Origin: Thermoplasmata archaeon
GTDB taxonomy: Archaea; Thermoplasmatota; Thermoplasmata; Lutacidiplasmatales; UBA184
Assembly (NCBI GenBank): GCA_021827405.1
Contig: JAKAVY010000006.1
Coordinates: 1-60,165 of the forward strand
Direction: 5' to 3'
Length of the DNA: 60,165 nt
Of this stretch, positions 8,712 to 18,750 are shown in pieces. The notes beneath the pieces were generated by a model. That model saw only the letters and a list, made by a program, of their open reading frames with translations, was not told the origin of the DNA and did not search any database. The stretch's first letter is position 1, and every line of letters starts with the position of its first letter. The translations under genes were made by a program, and so were the position numbers.

Positions 8712-9971
8712 TCAAGGGAGGGGGACGGGGCGGTCCCGCCCCGTGGGGCTCTTGGACCAGCCGAAGAAGTGCACGTACAGGAAGACATTCCCGAAGACCG
8801 CGGCGGCGTACCCCAGGAAAGGGACCGAGAGGGCCAGATTGTCCACCGCCCAACCGGAGAAGGCGGTGGCCCCGCCGGCCGAGGCGACCCGGGCCGCCTG
8901 GTTGGCCCCGCTCCCCTCGGCCCGGTCCTCTGGTGGAAGCATGCCCATCATGGCCGAGGTCTGGGTGGGGAGGGCCACCACCCGGAGCGCCGGGAGGGTC
9001 AGGTAGATGGCCACCGAGACCGGGAAGACCCTCAGGAAGGGGAGGAGGACGGCCAGGACGGCCCCGGTCCCCCGGGTGTAGGACAGGCTGGGGACGAACC
9101 CCCAATGCCGTTCCAGCAGGGGGGAGAAGAGCAGCGCCACGGTCGCCGAGGCCCCGCTCGCCGCCGTGTAGATGGACATCTCCCCCGCGGGGAGGTGATA
9201 GACCAGGACGAAGAAGGGCACCAAAAACGGGGTGATAAGCCCCTGGGACACCCCATTGAGGATCCCCGTGGCGCTGAACTTCCGGATCACCCGTCGGGAA
9301 CCGGTGGTGGGGCGATGTCCCCGTCGGATCCGTCGGATCTCCACCGGGACGGTGATGACCAGGGCCGCCACCGAGAGCACCAGGCCGAGGGGGAAGAGCT
9401 CCCTCAACGCGACCACCGCCACCAGGAGGGCCCCCAGCGCCGCGCTCAGGCCGTTCACGAAGGAGAGGAGGCTCAGCCACCGGGTGCGTTCGGCGGGGGG
9501 TACCAGGTCCGCCACCAGGGCCGTCTGGAAGGGCTGGACGGCGCCCCCCACGCCCCCGCCGGCGAGCGAGCCGGTCGCGCTGAAGCCCCCCAAGGCCGCC
9601 CCGAGGGCCACCAAGGGGAAGCTCCCCGGGAAGGAGAGGAGGAGGCAGGAGACGGGGAGGAGGGAGAGGGCGAGGAAGTACCCCCACCGCTGATGGTAGC
9701 GGCTCCCGAAGCGCCCCAGGCTGAAGGCGAGCAACGCGGTGGAGAGCCCTCCGCCGGCGTAGAGGAGCCCCAGGACGGTGACGCTCTGGTGAAGCTGGGT
9801 GAGGATGAGGTAGGGAAAGGCGAGGTTGAGGAAACCGGCCGCCAGGCTCCGGACGACCCGGCTGGAGGTGAGGAGGGCCAGGGAGCGCTTCCAGTGGGGG
9901 AAGGGGGAGACGGTGGGGTCGAGGAGGACGGCGGGAGGGACCGGGGACCGCTCGGGTTCTGGGGTGGCCGT
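8712..9971 (-). CDS. MFS transporter (419 aa; apparent non-canonical ACG start)
   Basis: Frame is open 79 codons upstream of the track's TTG 9734 and encodes TM1-2 (SRVVRSLAAGFLNLAFPYL..VLGLLYAGGG). AGGAGG at 9984-9979 lies 7 nt before ACG 9971. MFS hydropathy pattern. Confidence 0.8.
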   Translation of the reverse strand, partial: TATPEPERSPVPPAVLLDPTVSPFPHWKRSLALLTSSRVVRSLAAGFLNLAFPYLILTQLHQSVTVLGLLYAGGGLSTALLAFSLGRFGSRYHQRWGYFLALSLLPVSCLLLSFPGSFPLVALGAALGGFSATGSLAGGGVGGAVQPFQTALVADLVPPAERTRWLSLLSFVNGLSAALGALLVAVVALRELFPLGLVLSVAALVITVPVEIRRIRRGHRPTTGSRRVIRKFSATGILNGVSQGLITPFLVPFFVLVYHLPAGEMSIYTAASGASATVALLFSPLLERHWGFVPSLSYTRGTGAVLAVLLPFLRVFPVSVAIYLTLPALRVVALPTQTSAMMGMLPPEDRAEGSGANQAARVASAGGATAFSGWAVDNLALSVPFLGYAAAVFGNVFLYVHFFGWSKSPTGRDRPVPLP

Positions 9972-10062
9972 GCTCTTGCCTCCTTTGCTCGTTCACCGGA
10001 TCGGCGCGGGATCTTCGGTCGGAGCGCCAGCGCCCGGCCCTTTAAGACCCGGCGGACCGAGC

Positions 10063-10815
10063 TCAGAACGAGAACCAGGGTAGCCGGGCGGCCGGGGATT
10101 GGGGCTGGGCGATGAGCTCGTGGAGCGAGCCCCCCTGGTCTCCCGGGGCGTAGCCGTGTCGCTGGGCCAGTTGGTAGAGGAGGAAGAGGGCGTCCTCGGT
10201 GCTCTCCACGCCGAGGGACCCTTCCAGGTCCACGAGGAGCGTCCCCTTGAGCTCCCGGACCATCCCCGGCAGGTCCACGGTGAACCCCTCCTCGCCGCCC
10301 TCGGCCCGGGAGCGCTGGGCGAGGCCCAAGAGGGTCCCGGTGGCGAGGGTGAGCAGTTCCGCGCCACGGACCTTGTGGTGCTCCCACCGCCAGTGGGCTC
10401 GGGAGTCTTCCGGGGAGCCCGGGGAGCGGACCAGGATCCGGACGAAGAAGCGCTCGAACCGGTCGACCGGGGCGGGGCCCTCGGTGAGCCCTTCCACCAC
10501 GTGCCGGGCGGCCTCGTCGCCGTCGACGACCAGGATCGAGCCCCACGGTGTGGGGGCCCCGGCGGACCGGAGCCCCCGGGACCAGCGGGCCAGGAGGGCA
10601 GCGGGCCCCTCCGGCGCGGTGGCCCGGTCCTTGAGGGAGGAGAAGACCGGCAGTTTCCGGCCGGGGGTGCCGGGGGCGCGGACCCAGAAGTCCGCTTCCG
10701 CCGCGGGACGGCCGGCCCGGGGAGACTCTGGGCGGAAGCCCATCCCCTCGAGAACGCGTTGCACGCCGGGAGGATCGCTCGGGGAGGACGATGTCTCGGG
10801 GGCGTTCCGGGGCAT
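10063..10815 (-). CDS. Hypothetical protein
   Basis: 250-aa ORF with protein-like composition; CTTAAG box ~25 nt upstream. Confidence 0.65.
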   Translation of the reverse strand: MPRNAPETSSSPSDPPGVQRVLEGMGFRPESPRAGRPAAEADFWVRAPGTPGRKLPVFSSLKDRATAPEGPAALLARWSRGLRSAGAPTPWGSILVVDGDEAARHVVEGLTEGPAPVDRFERFFVRILVRSPGSPEDSRAHWRWEHHKVRGAELLTLATGTLLGLAQRSRAEGGEEGFTVDLPGMVRELKGTLLVDLEGSLGVESTEDALFLLYQLAQRHGYAPGDQGGSLHELIAQPQSPAARLPWFSF

Positions 10816-10887
10816 GGGGGCCCGGAACCCTCCCGATGGCTTAAGGTTCCGGGGAAGCGGGCCGTCGGCCGGGCGCCGCGGCGGGGC

Positions 10888-11838
10888 TCAGAGCCCGGGC
10901 CAGCGGTACACGAGCCAGTTCACGAGCATGGCGAGAGCGACCCCGGTCAGGTAGAGCCCCGAGAAGATGAAGCTCCGGAGGGCGACCGGGCGCTCCACGC
11001 TGCGGAGGAGCCCGGTCAAGAGATAGGTGAACCCGAGCCCCAGGGCCAGGGCCAGGGCGAGGAAGACCGCGTAGTCCCGGAAGAGGAGCCCGAAGGCGAC
11101 CGTGGGGAGGAGCAGGAGGGCCCCGGAGTAGAAGGTGATCCGCCCGGAGCGGAGGGGCTCCCCCGGGGCGGGGAGCATGGGCAGTTGCGCGCGTTCGTAG
11201 TCGTCCTTCAAGGCGAGCGCGAGGGACCAGAAGTGCGGTGGGGTCCAGAGGAAGACGAGGAGGGCGAGCAGCAACCCGGCGGGGTTGAAGGTCCCCAGGA
11301 CGGCGGCGCAGCCGGCGAGGACCGGGGCGCTGCCCGCGTAGCCCCCGATGACGATGTTCCAGCGGGTCCGGCGCTTCAACCAGACGGTGTAGACCCCCAC
11401 GTACACCAGCGTCCCCGAGGCCAGGGCGAGGAAGGAGAGCCACGGGAGCCACCACGCGGCCAGGGCCCACCCGAGCGCGGTGAGCCCCAGCCCGAAGGAG
11501 AGTACGGCCCCGGCGGAGAGCCGGTCGGAGGGGAGCGGCCGGAACCGGGTCCGGCGCATCACCAGGTCGAGGTCCCGGTCGTACCAGTGGTTGAGCGCGG
11601 CGGCCCCGCCGGAGGCGAGTCCCCCGGCGACCAGGAGCTCGGCCAGGCGCCACCACGGCGGCGGGTAGGCGGGGTCCCCGGCGAAGAAGCCGGCCACGGC
11701 CATGAGCAGGATGAGCCCGGTGATCCCCGGCTTGGTCAGGGCGAGATAGGCCGAGCCCAGGGAGGGGCGCTTCCGCTCCGGGGCTCCCGTGAGGCCCGGG
11801 CCGGCCGGCTCAGGGGCCGGTGGCGCGGATGGCATCAT
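10888..11838 (-). CDS. ctaB: Heme o synthase (protoheme IX farnesyltransferase)
   Basis: LTKPGI, NHWYDRDLD..MRRTRFRPL, YTVWLKRRT, FLWTPPHF, DDY..AQLPMLP. Confidence 0.95.
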   Translation of the reverse strand: MMPSAPPAPEPAGPGLTGAPERKRPSLGSAYLALTKPGITGLILLMAVAGFFAGDPAYPPPWWRLAELLVAGGLASGGAAALNHWYDRDLDLVMRRTRFRPLPSDRLSAGAVLSFGLGLTALGWALAAWWLPWLSFLALASGTLVYVGVYTVWLKRRTRWNIVIGGYAGSAPVLAGCAAVLGTFNPAGLLLALLVFLWTPPHFWSLALALKDDYERAQLPMLPAPGEPLRSGRITFYSGALLLLPTVAFGLLFRDYAVFLALALALGLGFTYLLTGLLRSVERPVALRSFIFSGLYLTGVALAMLVNWLVYRWPGL

Positions 11839-12358
11839 CCTCCCCGAAGAGGCTCACGCGCCAGCGGGGGGGAAGGTGGGGGATGTTCACCAGGAGGGCC
11901 ACCACCAGGATCACGGCGAAGATGAGGATGGCCACGGCGAGGTGGAGGATCACCACGATCGGGTCCGCCTGGGTGAAGATGATCACCCCTCCGAGGGCCG
12001 CCTGGAGGACCACCAGGCCCAGGGACAGGGCTCCCAGGCGCCGGACGGCCCGCCCGTTCGGCTCGTAGGCCAGCACCAGGGCCAGGAGGGCGAGGATGAG
12101 CACGGAGAGGGTGAGGGCGGCCAGCCGGTGGGAGAACTCCGCGAGCACGGCGTTGGTCAGGGCATCCGGGAAGAGCCCGTTGCCGTTGCAGGTGGGCCAG
12201 CTTGGGCAAGCGAGGCTGGAGTTCGACGCCGTCACGTCGGCCCCGATGACGATGGTCACGTACGTCCAGACGGCGGTGACCACGCTGACCACGCGGACCC
12301 ACCGGTGCCCCCGGGGGTGCGGGGCCCGGGGCGGAGAGGGCCCCTCGGTCAGGCCCAT
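11810..12358 (-). CDS. ctaA: Heme A synthase, compact 4-TM archaeal type (COX15/CtaA)
   Basis: C-terminal 182 aa of track ORF 11810..14614 from ATG 12358: CPSWPTC, EFSHR, LQAALGG, ILHLAVA. Confidence 0.85.
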   Translation of the reverse strand: MGLTEGPSPPRAPHPRGHRWVRVVSVVTAVWTYVTIVIGADVTASNSSLACPSWPTCNGNGLFPDALTNAVLAEFSHRLAALTLSVLILALLALVLAYEPNGRAVRRLGALSLGLVVLQAALGGVIIFTQADPIVVILHLAVAILIFAVILVVALLVNIPHLPPRWRVSLFGEDDAIRATGP

Positions 12359-14604
12359 GGGTCCTCCGAGGCGGGGGTCCCCCGGTACCGGCTCACCACC
12401 ATGTTGAAGATGAAGATGAGCTGAGCGATGCCGAAGATCCCGGCCCCGATGGTGGAGAGCAGGTTCAGCTGAGCGAAGTTCAGCCCGATGGGGGTGGAGA
12501 GCCCGGGGATGTAGGAGTACACCCGGCGAGGCATCCCGCCCATCCCCAGGAAGAACATGGGGAACAGGAGCATGTTCGCCCCCACGTAGCTCAGGACGAA
12601 ATGCCAGTTGGCCAGTTCCTGGTTGTACCAGCGCTTGGTCACGATGGGATAGAGGAAGTAGATGGCCGCGAAGGAGGCCATGAGGGTCCCGCCGAGGAGG
12701 GTGTAGTGGAAGTGGGCCACCACGAAGTAGGTGGCGTGGACGAGGTAGTCGATGGGGATGGACCCGAGCATGACGCCGGAAAGCCCCCCGATGAGGAACA
12801 TGGTGAAGAAGGCGATCAAGAACCAGGTGGGGGTCTCCAGCCGGACGGACCCGCCCCAGAGGGTCCCCAGCCAGTTGAACATCTTGACCCCGGTGGGGAC
12901 CGCGATGGCCATGGTGGTGAGCATGAAGGTGAACCGGACGTCGGTGGCCTCCCCGGTGGTGAACATGTGGTGCTGCCAGACCACGAAGCCCAGGATCCCG
13001 ATGGCCGCAATGGACAGGGCCATGGCGGTGTAGCCGAAGATGTGCCGGCGGACCATCTTGGGGAGGACGGTGGAGACGAGCCCGAAGGCCGGAAGGATGA
13101 GGATGTAGACCTCGGGATGGCCGAAGAACCAGAAGAGGTTCTGGTACATGAGCGGACCTCCGAGGGGGGAACCGTTCACCGCGTAGGTGAAGTGGGTCCC
13201 GAAGTTGCGGTCCGACAGGATCATGGTGAGGGCCACGGAGAGGGAGGGCATGGCGGCCAGCACCAGGAAGCTGTTGATGAACACCGACCAGACGAAGATG
13301 GGCATGTTCCAGAAGGTCACGCCCGGGGCCTTGTGCTTCATCACGGTGACGATGAAGTTCACCGCCCCGAGGATGGAGGAGACGGAGGTGATGTGGAGCG
13401 CGGCCACCCAGAGGTCGATCCCGTGCCCGGGCTCCAAGGTGGCGAGGGGGACGTAGCCGGTCCACCCGGCGTTGGCATTCGAGAGCAGAAGGATGATGGC
13501 CGCGGGAGGGAGCAGCCAGAAGGCGAGGTTGTTGATCCGGGGCATGGCCATGTCCTTCGAGCCGATCATGGTGGGGAGCAGGTAGTTCCCGAACCCGCTC
13601 ATCAGCGGCATGATGGCGAAGAAGATCATGACCGTCCCGTGCTCGGTGAAGAGCGTGGAGTACATGTCCGGGGAGATCCCGATCGAGGAGGCGGTGATCC
13701 CCAACGCGGGGACCCCCAGGTCGGTCCGGATGAGCATGGCGTAGACACCGCCCACGAAGAACATGAGGAACGCGAAGACGATGTACATCAGGCCGATGTC
13801 CTTGTGGTCGGTGGTCACCAGCCAGCGGAGCACATGGCGGCGGAACCAGTACGGGAGCGGCCGGCTCCGCGCGACCTTCTGGTAGGCCAGGTCCCGGGAG
13901 CGGTGGAGCACGTCCAGGACGTGGAAGAGGAGTCCCCCTCCCAGGGCCATGAAGGCGATGGCGAAGCCGAAGGTGCTCTCCACCCCGGGCGTGGTCAACG
14001 GGGGAAGCGTGAGGATGAAGCCGGCGAGCACCCCTTCGCCGGCGAGGACCAAGACCACCCCGGCGATGTAGTAGTCGAGCTTGCGGCTGAGGCCCTCGGG
14101 GACCTCCTCCCCGGCCGGGTAGCTCACCACGCCGGCGTAGGCGATGAAGACCCCGGCGGCGAAGGGGATAAGTCCCACTGCCCCGAGGGTCCCCTGGACA
14201 TAGCCGGTGACCGTGACCTGGATGGGGGCGGTCAGCGCGCTCGAGCTGTTCACGTAGAAGTACTGTCCGGGCGCGAGGTCGAACTGGAAGCCGTTGGACT
14301 CCCCGGCGAGGACCGCGATCCGGGGTCCCAGCGTGCTGCAGCTCGCGTCCGATCCGCAGGAGAAGACCTGGATGACGGAGTTGTTGGTGCTCCCGATCCA
14401 GCTGACGTTGTAGACCACGTCCTGGCTTAACCCGTAGGGCGTGCTGTAGCCCACCACCTGGGAGGGGTTCACCGGCTGGGGCCCGCTCCCGCCCGCGGGG
14501 GCCCCCGTGATCTGGAAGCTCCAGGAGGGGGTGGCCGGGGAGACCACCAGGGCGCCTCCGATGACGAGGAGGACGAGCCCGAGCACCAAGAGACCTCTGC
14601 GCAT
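12349..14604 (-). CDS. coxA: Heme-copper oxidase subunit I, A1 type, with ~270-aa N-terminal extension
   Basis: [24 protein letters not shown] (D-channel), [22 protein letters not shown] (K-channel), VAHFHY, GMPRR. Confidence 0.95.
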   Translation of the reverse strand: MRRGLLVLGLVLLVIGGALVVSPATPSWSFQITGAPAGGSGPQPVNPSQVVGYSTPYGLSQDVVYNVSWIGSTNNSVIQVFSCGSDASCSTLGPRIAVLAGESNGFQFDLAPGQYFYVNSSSALTAPIQVTVTGYVQGTLGAVGLIPFAAGVFIAYAGVVSYPAGEEVPEGLSRKLDYYIAGVVLVLAGEGVLAGFILTLPPLTTPGVESTFGFAIAFMALGGGLLFHVLDVLHRSRDLAYQKVARSRPLPYWFRRHVLRWLVTTDHKDIGLMYIVFAFLMFFVGGVYAMLIRTDLGVPALGITASSIGISPDMYSTLFTEHGTVMIFFAIMPLMSGFGNYLLPTMIGSKDMAMPRINNLAFWLLPPAAIILLLSNANAGWTGYVPLATLEPGHGIDLWVAALHITSVSSILGAVNFIVTVMKHKAPGVTFWNMPIFVWSVFINSFLVLAAMPSLSVALTMILSDRNFGTHFTYAVNGSPLGGPLMYQNLFWFFGHPEVYILILPAFGLVSTVLPKMVRRHIFGYTAMALSIAAIGILGFVVWQHHMFTTGEATDVRFTFMLTTMAIAVPTGVKMFNWLGTLWGGSVRLETPTWFLIAFFTMFLIGGLSGVMLGSIPIDYLVHATYFVVAHFHYTLLGGTLMASFAAIYFLYPIVTKRWYNQELANWHFVLSYVGANMLLFPMFFLGMGGMPRRVYSYIPGLSTPIGLNFAQLNLLSTIGAGIFGIAQLIFIFNMVVSRYRGTPASEDPWA

Positions 14605-14610
14605 GTTCCC

Positions 14611-14886
14611 TCACTCGAACAGCCGGATGCGGCGGGAGAGCGGGTTACGGAGCCGGTCGAGGCGATAGACCACCCCGAGGGTGAGGTAGAGGAAGAAGAC
14701 GAAGCCGACGCTCCCGAGGACCCCCAGGACGAGCATGAGGGCGACGGACCCTCCGCCGAGCGCCGCGGCGAAGGCCTCGGCGCCGCCGATCCCGCAGGCC
14801 ATCCCGGCGAGCGCGAGCAGGGTGAGGACGACCCAGATCACCCAGGTCCGGACCCGGGGAGGTCTTTCGAGGGGCTCAGTTCCCAC
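14611..14886 (-). CDS. Small 2-TM membrane protein in respiratory operon
   Basis: Two hydrophobic segments; tightly packed between cytochrome b and CoxI. Confidence 0.7.
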   Translation of the reverse strand: MGTEPLERPPRVRTWVIWVVLTLLALAGMACGIGGAEAFAAALGGGSVALMLVLGVLGSVGFVFFLYLTLGVVYRLDRLRNPLSRRIRLFE

Positions 14887-16291
14887 GGGTCGACACCTCC
14901 AGGGGAGGCGCCGCCGTCGGACGGGGGGAGGGGAGCGGGCCGGCCGGGGCGGGGGCGCCTCCCGGGGCGGGTCCCTTGGTCTTGAGCTCCCGGGCCAGCA
15001 TCCGTCGCCGGTAGTTGGCCTTGTAGAGGGGATAGAGGACCAGGAGCGGGAGGGCGTTCGCGGCCACGAGGATCCCCAGGTAGGTCCCGTAGATCGTGGC
15101 CGGGATCTGCACCCCGGGCATGATGCCGCCCCAGATGGTCATGAGCACGAAGAAGGAGACCAGGAAGTTTCCCAGGAAGACCATCACGGGCCGGTCCCGG
15201 GGGTGCCGGCGCTTGCCCCCATCCAGCCAGGGGAGAATCTGGACGATCCAGGGGAGGAAGAGGATGAAGAGCAGCAACGCCGTGACGGAGCCCACGGCGA
15301 CCACGGGGGTCACGTACTGGAAGTCCGCCATCTTGTAGAGCCAGAGGAAGTACCAGTCCGGCTCGGGAGAGGCGGCTCCCGCCGTGGAGCCGTAGTAGAC
15401 CGGGAGCTGCCAGGGCCAGGCGGCCGCGATGAGGAAGAGCAGCCCGACGTAGAAGAGCGCCCACTTGGTCATGTAGAAGAAGACCCGGGGGAAGAAGCGC
15501 CCGAGCTTCCGGTCGTCGTGCTCCGTGAACTTGTTCTTCGCCCGGGGGTCGCTGGTGGCCTTCGGCGCGATCCCGTGGCTCTCGAAGAGGGAGAGGTGGG
15601 CGTAGAGCAGCCCGGCCAGGGCGAGCGGGATCACCACCACGTGGAGGGCGAACATCCGGGAGAGCAGCCCCTGGGTGGTACCGTCGGAGATGAGGAGACG
15701 GGCCGCCAGCGGGCCTAAGGTGGGGACGGAGAGGGTGAGGGAGATCCCCACGTCGGTGGCCCCCACGCTGAGCGCCGTGAAGGGGAGCAGGTAGCCGGTG
15801 AAGCCCATGCCGAGCATGGCCACCAAAAGGAGGGTCCCTACCATCCAGGAGAGCTCCCGGGGGGGTTTGTACACCCCGGTGTAGAACCCGCGGAAGAAGT
15901 GGACGAAGGCGAGGAAGATGGTGGCGTAGGCCCCGTACAGATGGGAGGAGAGCAAAAGCCAGCCCATGGGGACGCTGGTGATGATGTAGTTGGTGGAGGC
16001 CCAGGCCTCGGGGGTCCCCCCGGGGCCGGTGAGGGCCGCGGAGGGGATGTAGTAGAGGAGGAGGAGCAGGCCGGTGACCACCTGGACCAGGAAGGCGGTG
16101 GCCACGAAGGCGCCGGTCCAGTACGAGGCGTTGAAGCTGAAGGCGGGTTGGGGGCGAAGGGCCCAGGTCTTGATCCCGGCCCGGTCCTCCACGAAGTCCC
16201 AGACCCGGTCCAGGGAGCGGTTCATGGGGGAGCGCCAGGGCGGGGGCGCGCTGCCCGGAGGGGGGGGAGGTCCGGAGGGTTCGTTCGCCAT
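14876..16291 (-). CDS. petB: Cytochrome b of Rieske/cyt b complex
   Basis: SHLYGA..FVHFFRG heme ligands, YKPPRELSW, FTGYLLP, FALHVV..YAHL, PDWY (PEWY-equivalent Qo motif). Confidence 0.93.
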   Translation of the reverse strand: MANEPSGPPPPPGSAPPPWRSPMNRSLDRVWDFVEDRAGIKTWALRPQPAFSFNASYWTGAFVATAFLVQVVTGLLLLLYYIPSAALTGPGGTPEAWASTNYIITSVPMGWLLLSSHLYGAYATIFLAFVHFFRGFYTGVYKPPRELSWMVGTLLLVAMLGMGFTGYLLPFTALSVGATDVGISLTLSVPTLGPLAARLLISDGTTQGLLSRMFALHVVVIPLALAGLLYAHLSLFESHGIAPKATSDPRAKNKFTEHDDRKLGRFFPRVFFYMTKWALFYVGLLFLIAAAWPWQLPVYYGSTAGAASPEPDWYFLWLYKMADFQYVTPVVAVGSVTALLLFILFLPWIVQILPWLDGGKRRHPRDRPVMVFLGNFLVSFFVLMTIWGGIMPGVQIPATIYGTYLGILVAANALPLLVLYPLYKANYRRRMLARELKTKGPAPGGAPAPAGPLPSPRPTAAPPLEVSTRGN

Positions 16292-16309
16292 TCGGTTCCT
16301 TGCACCTCC

Positions 16310-17131
16310 TTACGCGGGGCACTGCTGGTTGGACGGGGTGAGGTTGGACGCCTGGGAGCGCCCGGAGACGCCCGTCCCACCGGTGAGGCTCGTGAAGTGG
16401 TCCTTCACGGGGGGGCCGATCATGCTGTAGGCGTAGATGTTCCCTTCCGCGTCGGTCTTGAGCAGCGTCTGGGGGATGGGGAGGACGGTGGGGCCGGTGA
16501 GGATGGCGGCCCCGCCCCCGTCCGAGGTCTGCGAGACGAACGGGTCGTAGGTGGACCCGTGGCAGATGCAGTGGATGATGGCCCGCCCGTTGTTGAAGTT
16601 GCCGCACTTCCCGGCCGGATAGTAGGAGATGAATGGGGGGACGCAGCCCAGGTGCTGGCAGATGGCGCTGTAGGAGACCACCCCATTGTTCGGTCCGATC
16701 CCGTTCGGGGCGGCGGACCCCAGGTAGAGCAGGAAGTTCGGCTCGTTGGTGAGCGGATAGTTGTACAGGGTCAACTCGTTGGAGTCCGGGTTGATGTGGT
16801 CGGCGATGTTGTCCACCGTGACCGCCGACCCGTCGCTGTAGAAGAGCTGGACCGTGGGGTAGCTCGCCAGCCCCTGCAGCGGCGGTTGGGCATACTGGAG
16901 GGCCCCGGCGACGGCCCCCCCGCCGGCCACGGCGGCGAGCCCGCCGATGGCCATCAGTTTCAGGATGTTGCGCTTCGCCTCGTCCACCTGGCCCTGGGTC
17001 TTCGGGTTGCTCAGGTCCGCCGGCGCCACGTGGCGGACCACGCCCGGAGGGGTCCGGTCGAAGAGGGCCAGAAAGTCCGCCAGGCGCTGATCGTAGGCTT
17101 CCTCGCTGAAGTACGACGGTGCTCCGTTCAT
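16310..17131 (-). CDS. Rieske 2Fe-2S protein of Rieske/cyt b complex
   Basis: Start MNGAPSYF (ATG 17131); KRNILKL Tat-like signal plus TM; CQHLGC and CICHGSTY boxes. Confidence 0.92.
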   Translation of the reverse strand: MNGAPSYFSEEAYDQRLADFLALFDRTPPGVVRHVAPADLSNPKTQGQVDEAKRNILKLMAIGGLAAVAGGGAVAGALQYAQPPLQGLASYPTVQLFYSDGSAVTVDNIADHINPDSNELTLYNYPLTNEPNFLLYLGSAAPNGIGPNNGVVSYSAICQHLGCVPPFISYYPAGKCGNFNNGRAIIHCICHGSTYDPFVSQTSDGGGAAILTGPTVLPIPQTLLKTDAEGNIYAYSMIGPPVKDHFTSLTGGTGVSGRSQASNLTPSNQQCPA

Positions 17132-17556
17132 GGTTGCCTTCCCTCCGCTTCCCGCTCTCGCTCCTTTCTGAGCCGGAACTGAAGCTCCTCCTCCCCCGTG
17201 ACCGGGACCTCCTCGGCGTCCCCGGGAAGCTCCGCCTGGTCCGCGTCCTTGTAGACGTAGAGGATCACCATGATCCCGAAGAGGACGAGCACGAGGGTGG
17301 TCAGGTTCAGCACGAAGAGGCAGTTGAAGCTCATCCCCCCCACGCTGACCGGGGGGAGCGGGCAGGAGATGGTGGTGGGGAACCCCGGGGTGGACGGGGG
17401 GGACGAGCTCCCGTTGAGGGGGCTGGCCGCGGCCGTCGGGGCCACGGACGCGATGCCCGTCCCGCCGAGGCTCCCGCCCGGGAAGGAGAGCGCGGCCACC
17501 AACCCTACGAGGAGAACGAGGACCAACGAGACGCGGAAAGCCGTGCTGCCCCTCAA
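17128..17556 (-). CDS. Hypothetical membrane protein (N-terminal signal/TM, Cys pair, C-terminal TM)
   Basis: Overlaps both neighbours by 4 nt; two hydrophobic segments. Confidence 0.65.
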   Translation of the reverse strand: MRGSTAFRVSLVLVLLVGLVAALSFPGGSLGGTGIASVAPTAAASPLNGSSSPPSTPGFPTTISCPLPPVSVGGMSFNCLFVLNLTTLVLVLFGIMVILYVYKDADQAELPGDAEEVPVTGEEELQFRLRKEREREAEGRQP

Positions 17557-17921
17557 GGTGCGTCCTCCAACGGGTCGTCGGGGGGGAGAGGCTCGACCCT
17601 ATGAACCTCACCCACCGACCAGACCCCGGGAGAGGAGATCGCGACGGCCGACGGGGGCGGGGGGGCCACGGGGAGCCCGGGGGAGGACCAGGCCGGGGGA
17701 GCGGGGGGGCTTCCCATGGGGGCAGAGGGGGCCCGGGTCGGGCTGCCCGGGCCGAGCTCGGTGGCGTCCCGGAGCTCCCGGAGGAACTCGTCCCGCATGC
17801 GGAGGACCTTGGCGTAGAGCCGTCCGGCGGTGCGGAAGAGCTCCCGGTTGTCCCCGCCGAGCAGCAGCAGGCCGCCGACCAGGAGAAGGATGGTCCAATC
17901 CACGTCCGAAAAGAGGCTCAT
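17553..17921 (-). CDS. TatA/TatB-like translocase subunit
   Basis: N-terminal TM ending in LLLGG, amphipathic helix (ELFRTAGRLYAKVLRMRDEF) and Pro-rich tail; directly downstream of tatC. Confidence 0.6.
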   Translation of the reverse strand: MSLFSDVDWTILLLVGGLLLLGGDNRELFRTAGRLYAKVLRMRDEFLRELRDATELGPGSPTRAPSAPMGSPPAPPAWSSPGLPVAPPPPSAVAISSPGVWSVGEVHRVEPLPPDDPLEDAP

Positions 17922-18745
17922 GCGGTCCCTCCCAGGGGGCCGCCGCGGTAGGGGGCGCTCTCCCGGCGCTCGTGCCGCTCGGCCGCCACCATGCCCCCCA
18001 CGTAGAGGCCCATCATGGGGATCGCGATGAGCAGCATGGTGATGCCCGAGTTGTCCGGGGTGATGAGCATCCCGAAGATCAGGCAGCCGAGGACCGCGCC
18101 CCGCCAGTGCTTCCGCCAGAAGTTCGCCGGCACCAAGCGCAGCCGGCTCAAGGTGTAGATGAAGACCGGGAGCTCGAAGACCACCCCGAAGGCCACGGTG
18201 TAGAGGAGGGCGAAGGCGAGGAAGCTCCCGACGCTCAGGACCGGGGCCAGGTTCAGGGCCCCTACGTAGCGGAAGAGGAGCAGGAAGGTGAACGGGGTGA
18301 GCCAGAAGAGGGCCAGCAGGAAGCCCACGGCGAAGAGGAGCGTGGCGGGGGCGGCCACGCTTCGGATCAGGGCCCGCTCGTTGGTCCTGAGCGCGGGGAC
18401 GAGGAAGGCCCCCACCTCATGGGCGATCCAGGGGGTGGAGAGGACCAGGGAGAGGAGAAGCCCGATCTCCATCTGGGCGACCACGGAGTCCCCGACCCCG
18501 ATGTTGAGCAGGGTGACGCCCGGCGGGAGCATGTCGTGGACGAACCAGAGGAAGACCTGGGCCGTGATGTTGTAGAAGGGGCTCGGGATGGGGAGCACCA
18601 GGGGGAAGGGGAGCCCGGCCACCGGGAAGGTCTGAAGCTTGAAGAAGAGCACGAAGCCGAAGATCGGGACCACCACCCAGAGGATGCGGACGACCCGGCG
18701 TCGGAGCTCGTCCAGCACGCTGAAGAACTGGTGGAGCTCGCTCAT
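17918..18745 (-). CDS. tatC: Twin-arginine translocase TatC
   Basis: LDELRRR, FLVPALRTNE, VFELP, LITPD motifs; 6 TM. Confidence 0.92.
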   Translation of the reverse strand: MSELHQFFSVLDELRRRVVRILWVVVPIFGFVLFFKLQTFPVAGLPFPLVLPIPSPFYNITAQVFLWFVHDMLPPGVTLLNIGVGDSVVAQMEIGLLLSLVLSTPWIAHEVGAFLVPALRTNERALIRSVAAPATLLFAVGFLLALFWLTPFTFLLLFRYVGALNLAPVLSVGSFLAFALLYTVAFGVVFELPVFIYTLSRLRLVPANFWRKHWRGAVLGCLIFGMLITPDNSGITMLLIAIPMMGLYVGGMVAAERHERRESAPYRGGPLGGTA

Positions 18746-18750
18746 GCCCT

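Noticed and set aside
16310-17611. 433-aa Rieske as predicted
   Set aside because: The upstream part overlaps the 142-aa membrane ORF; real start taken as ATG 17131 (ATGA overlap)
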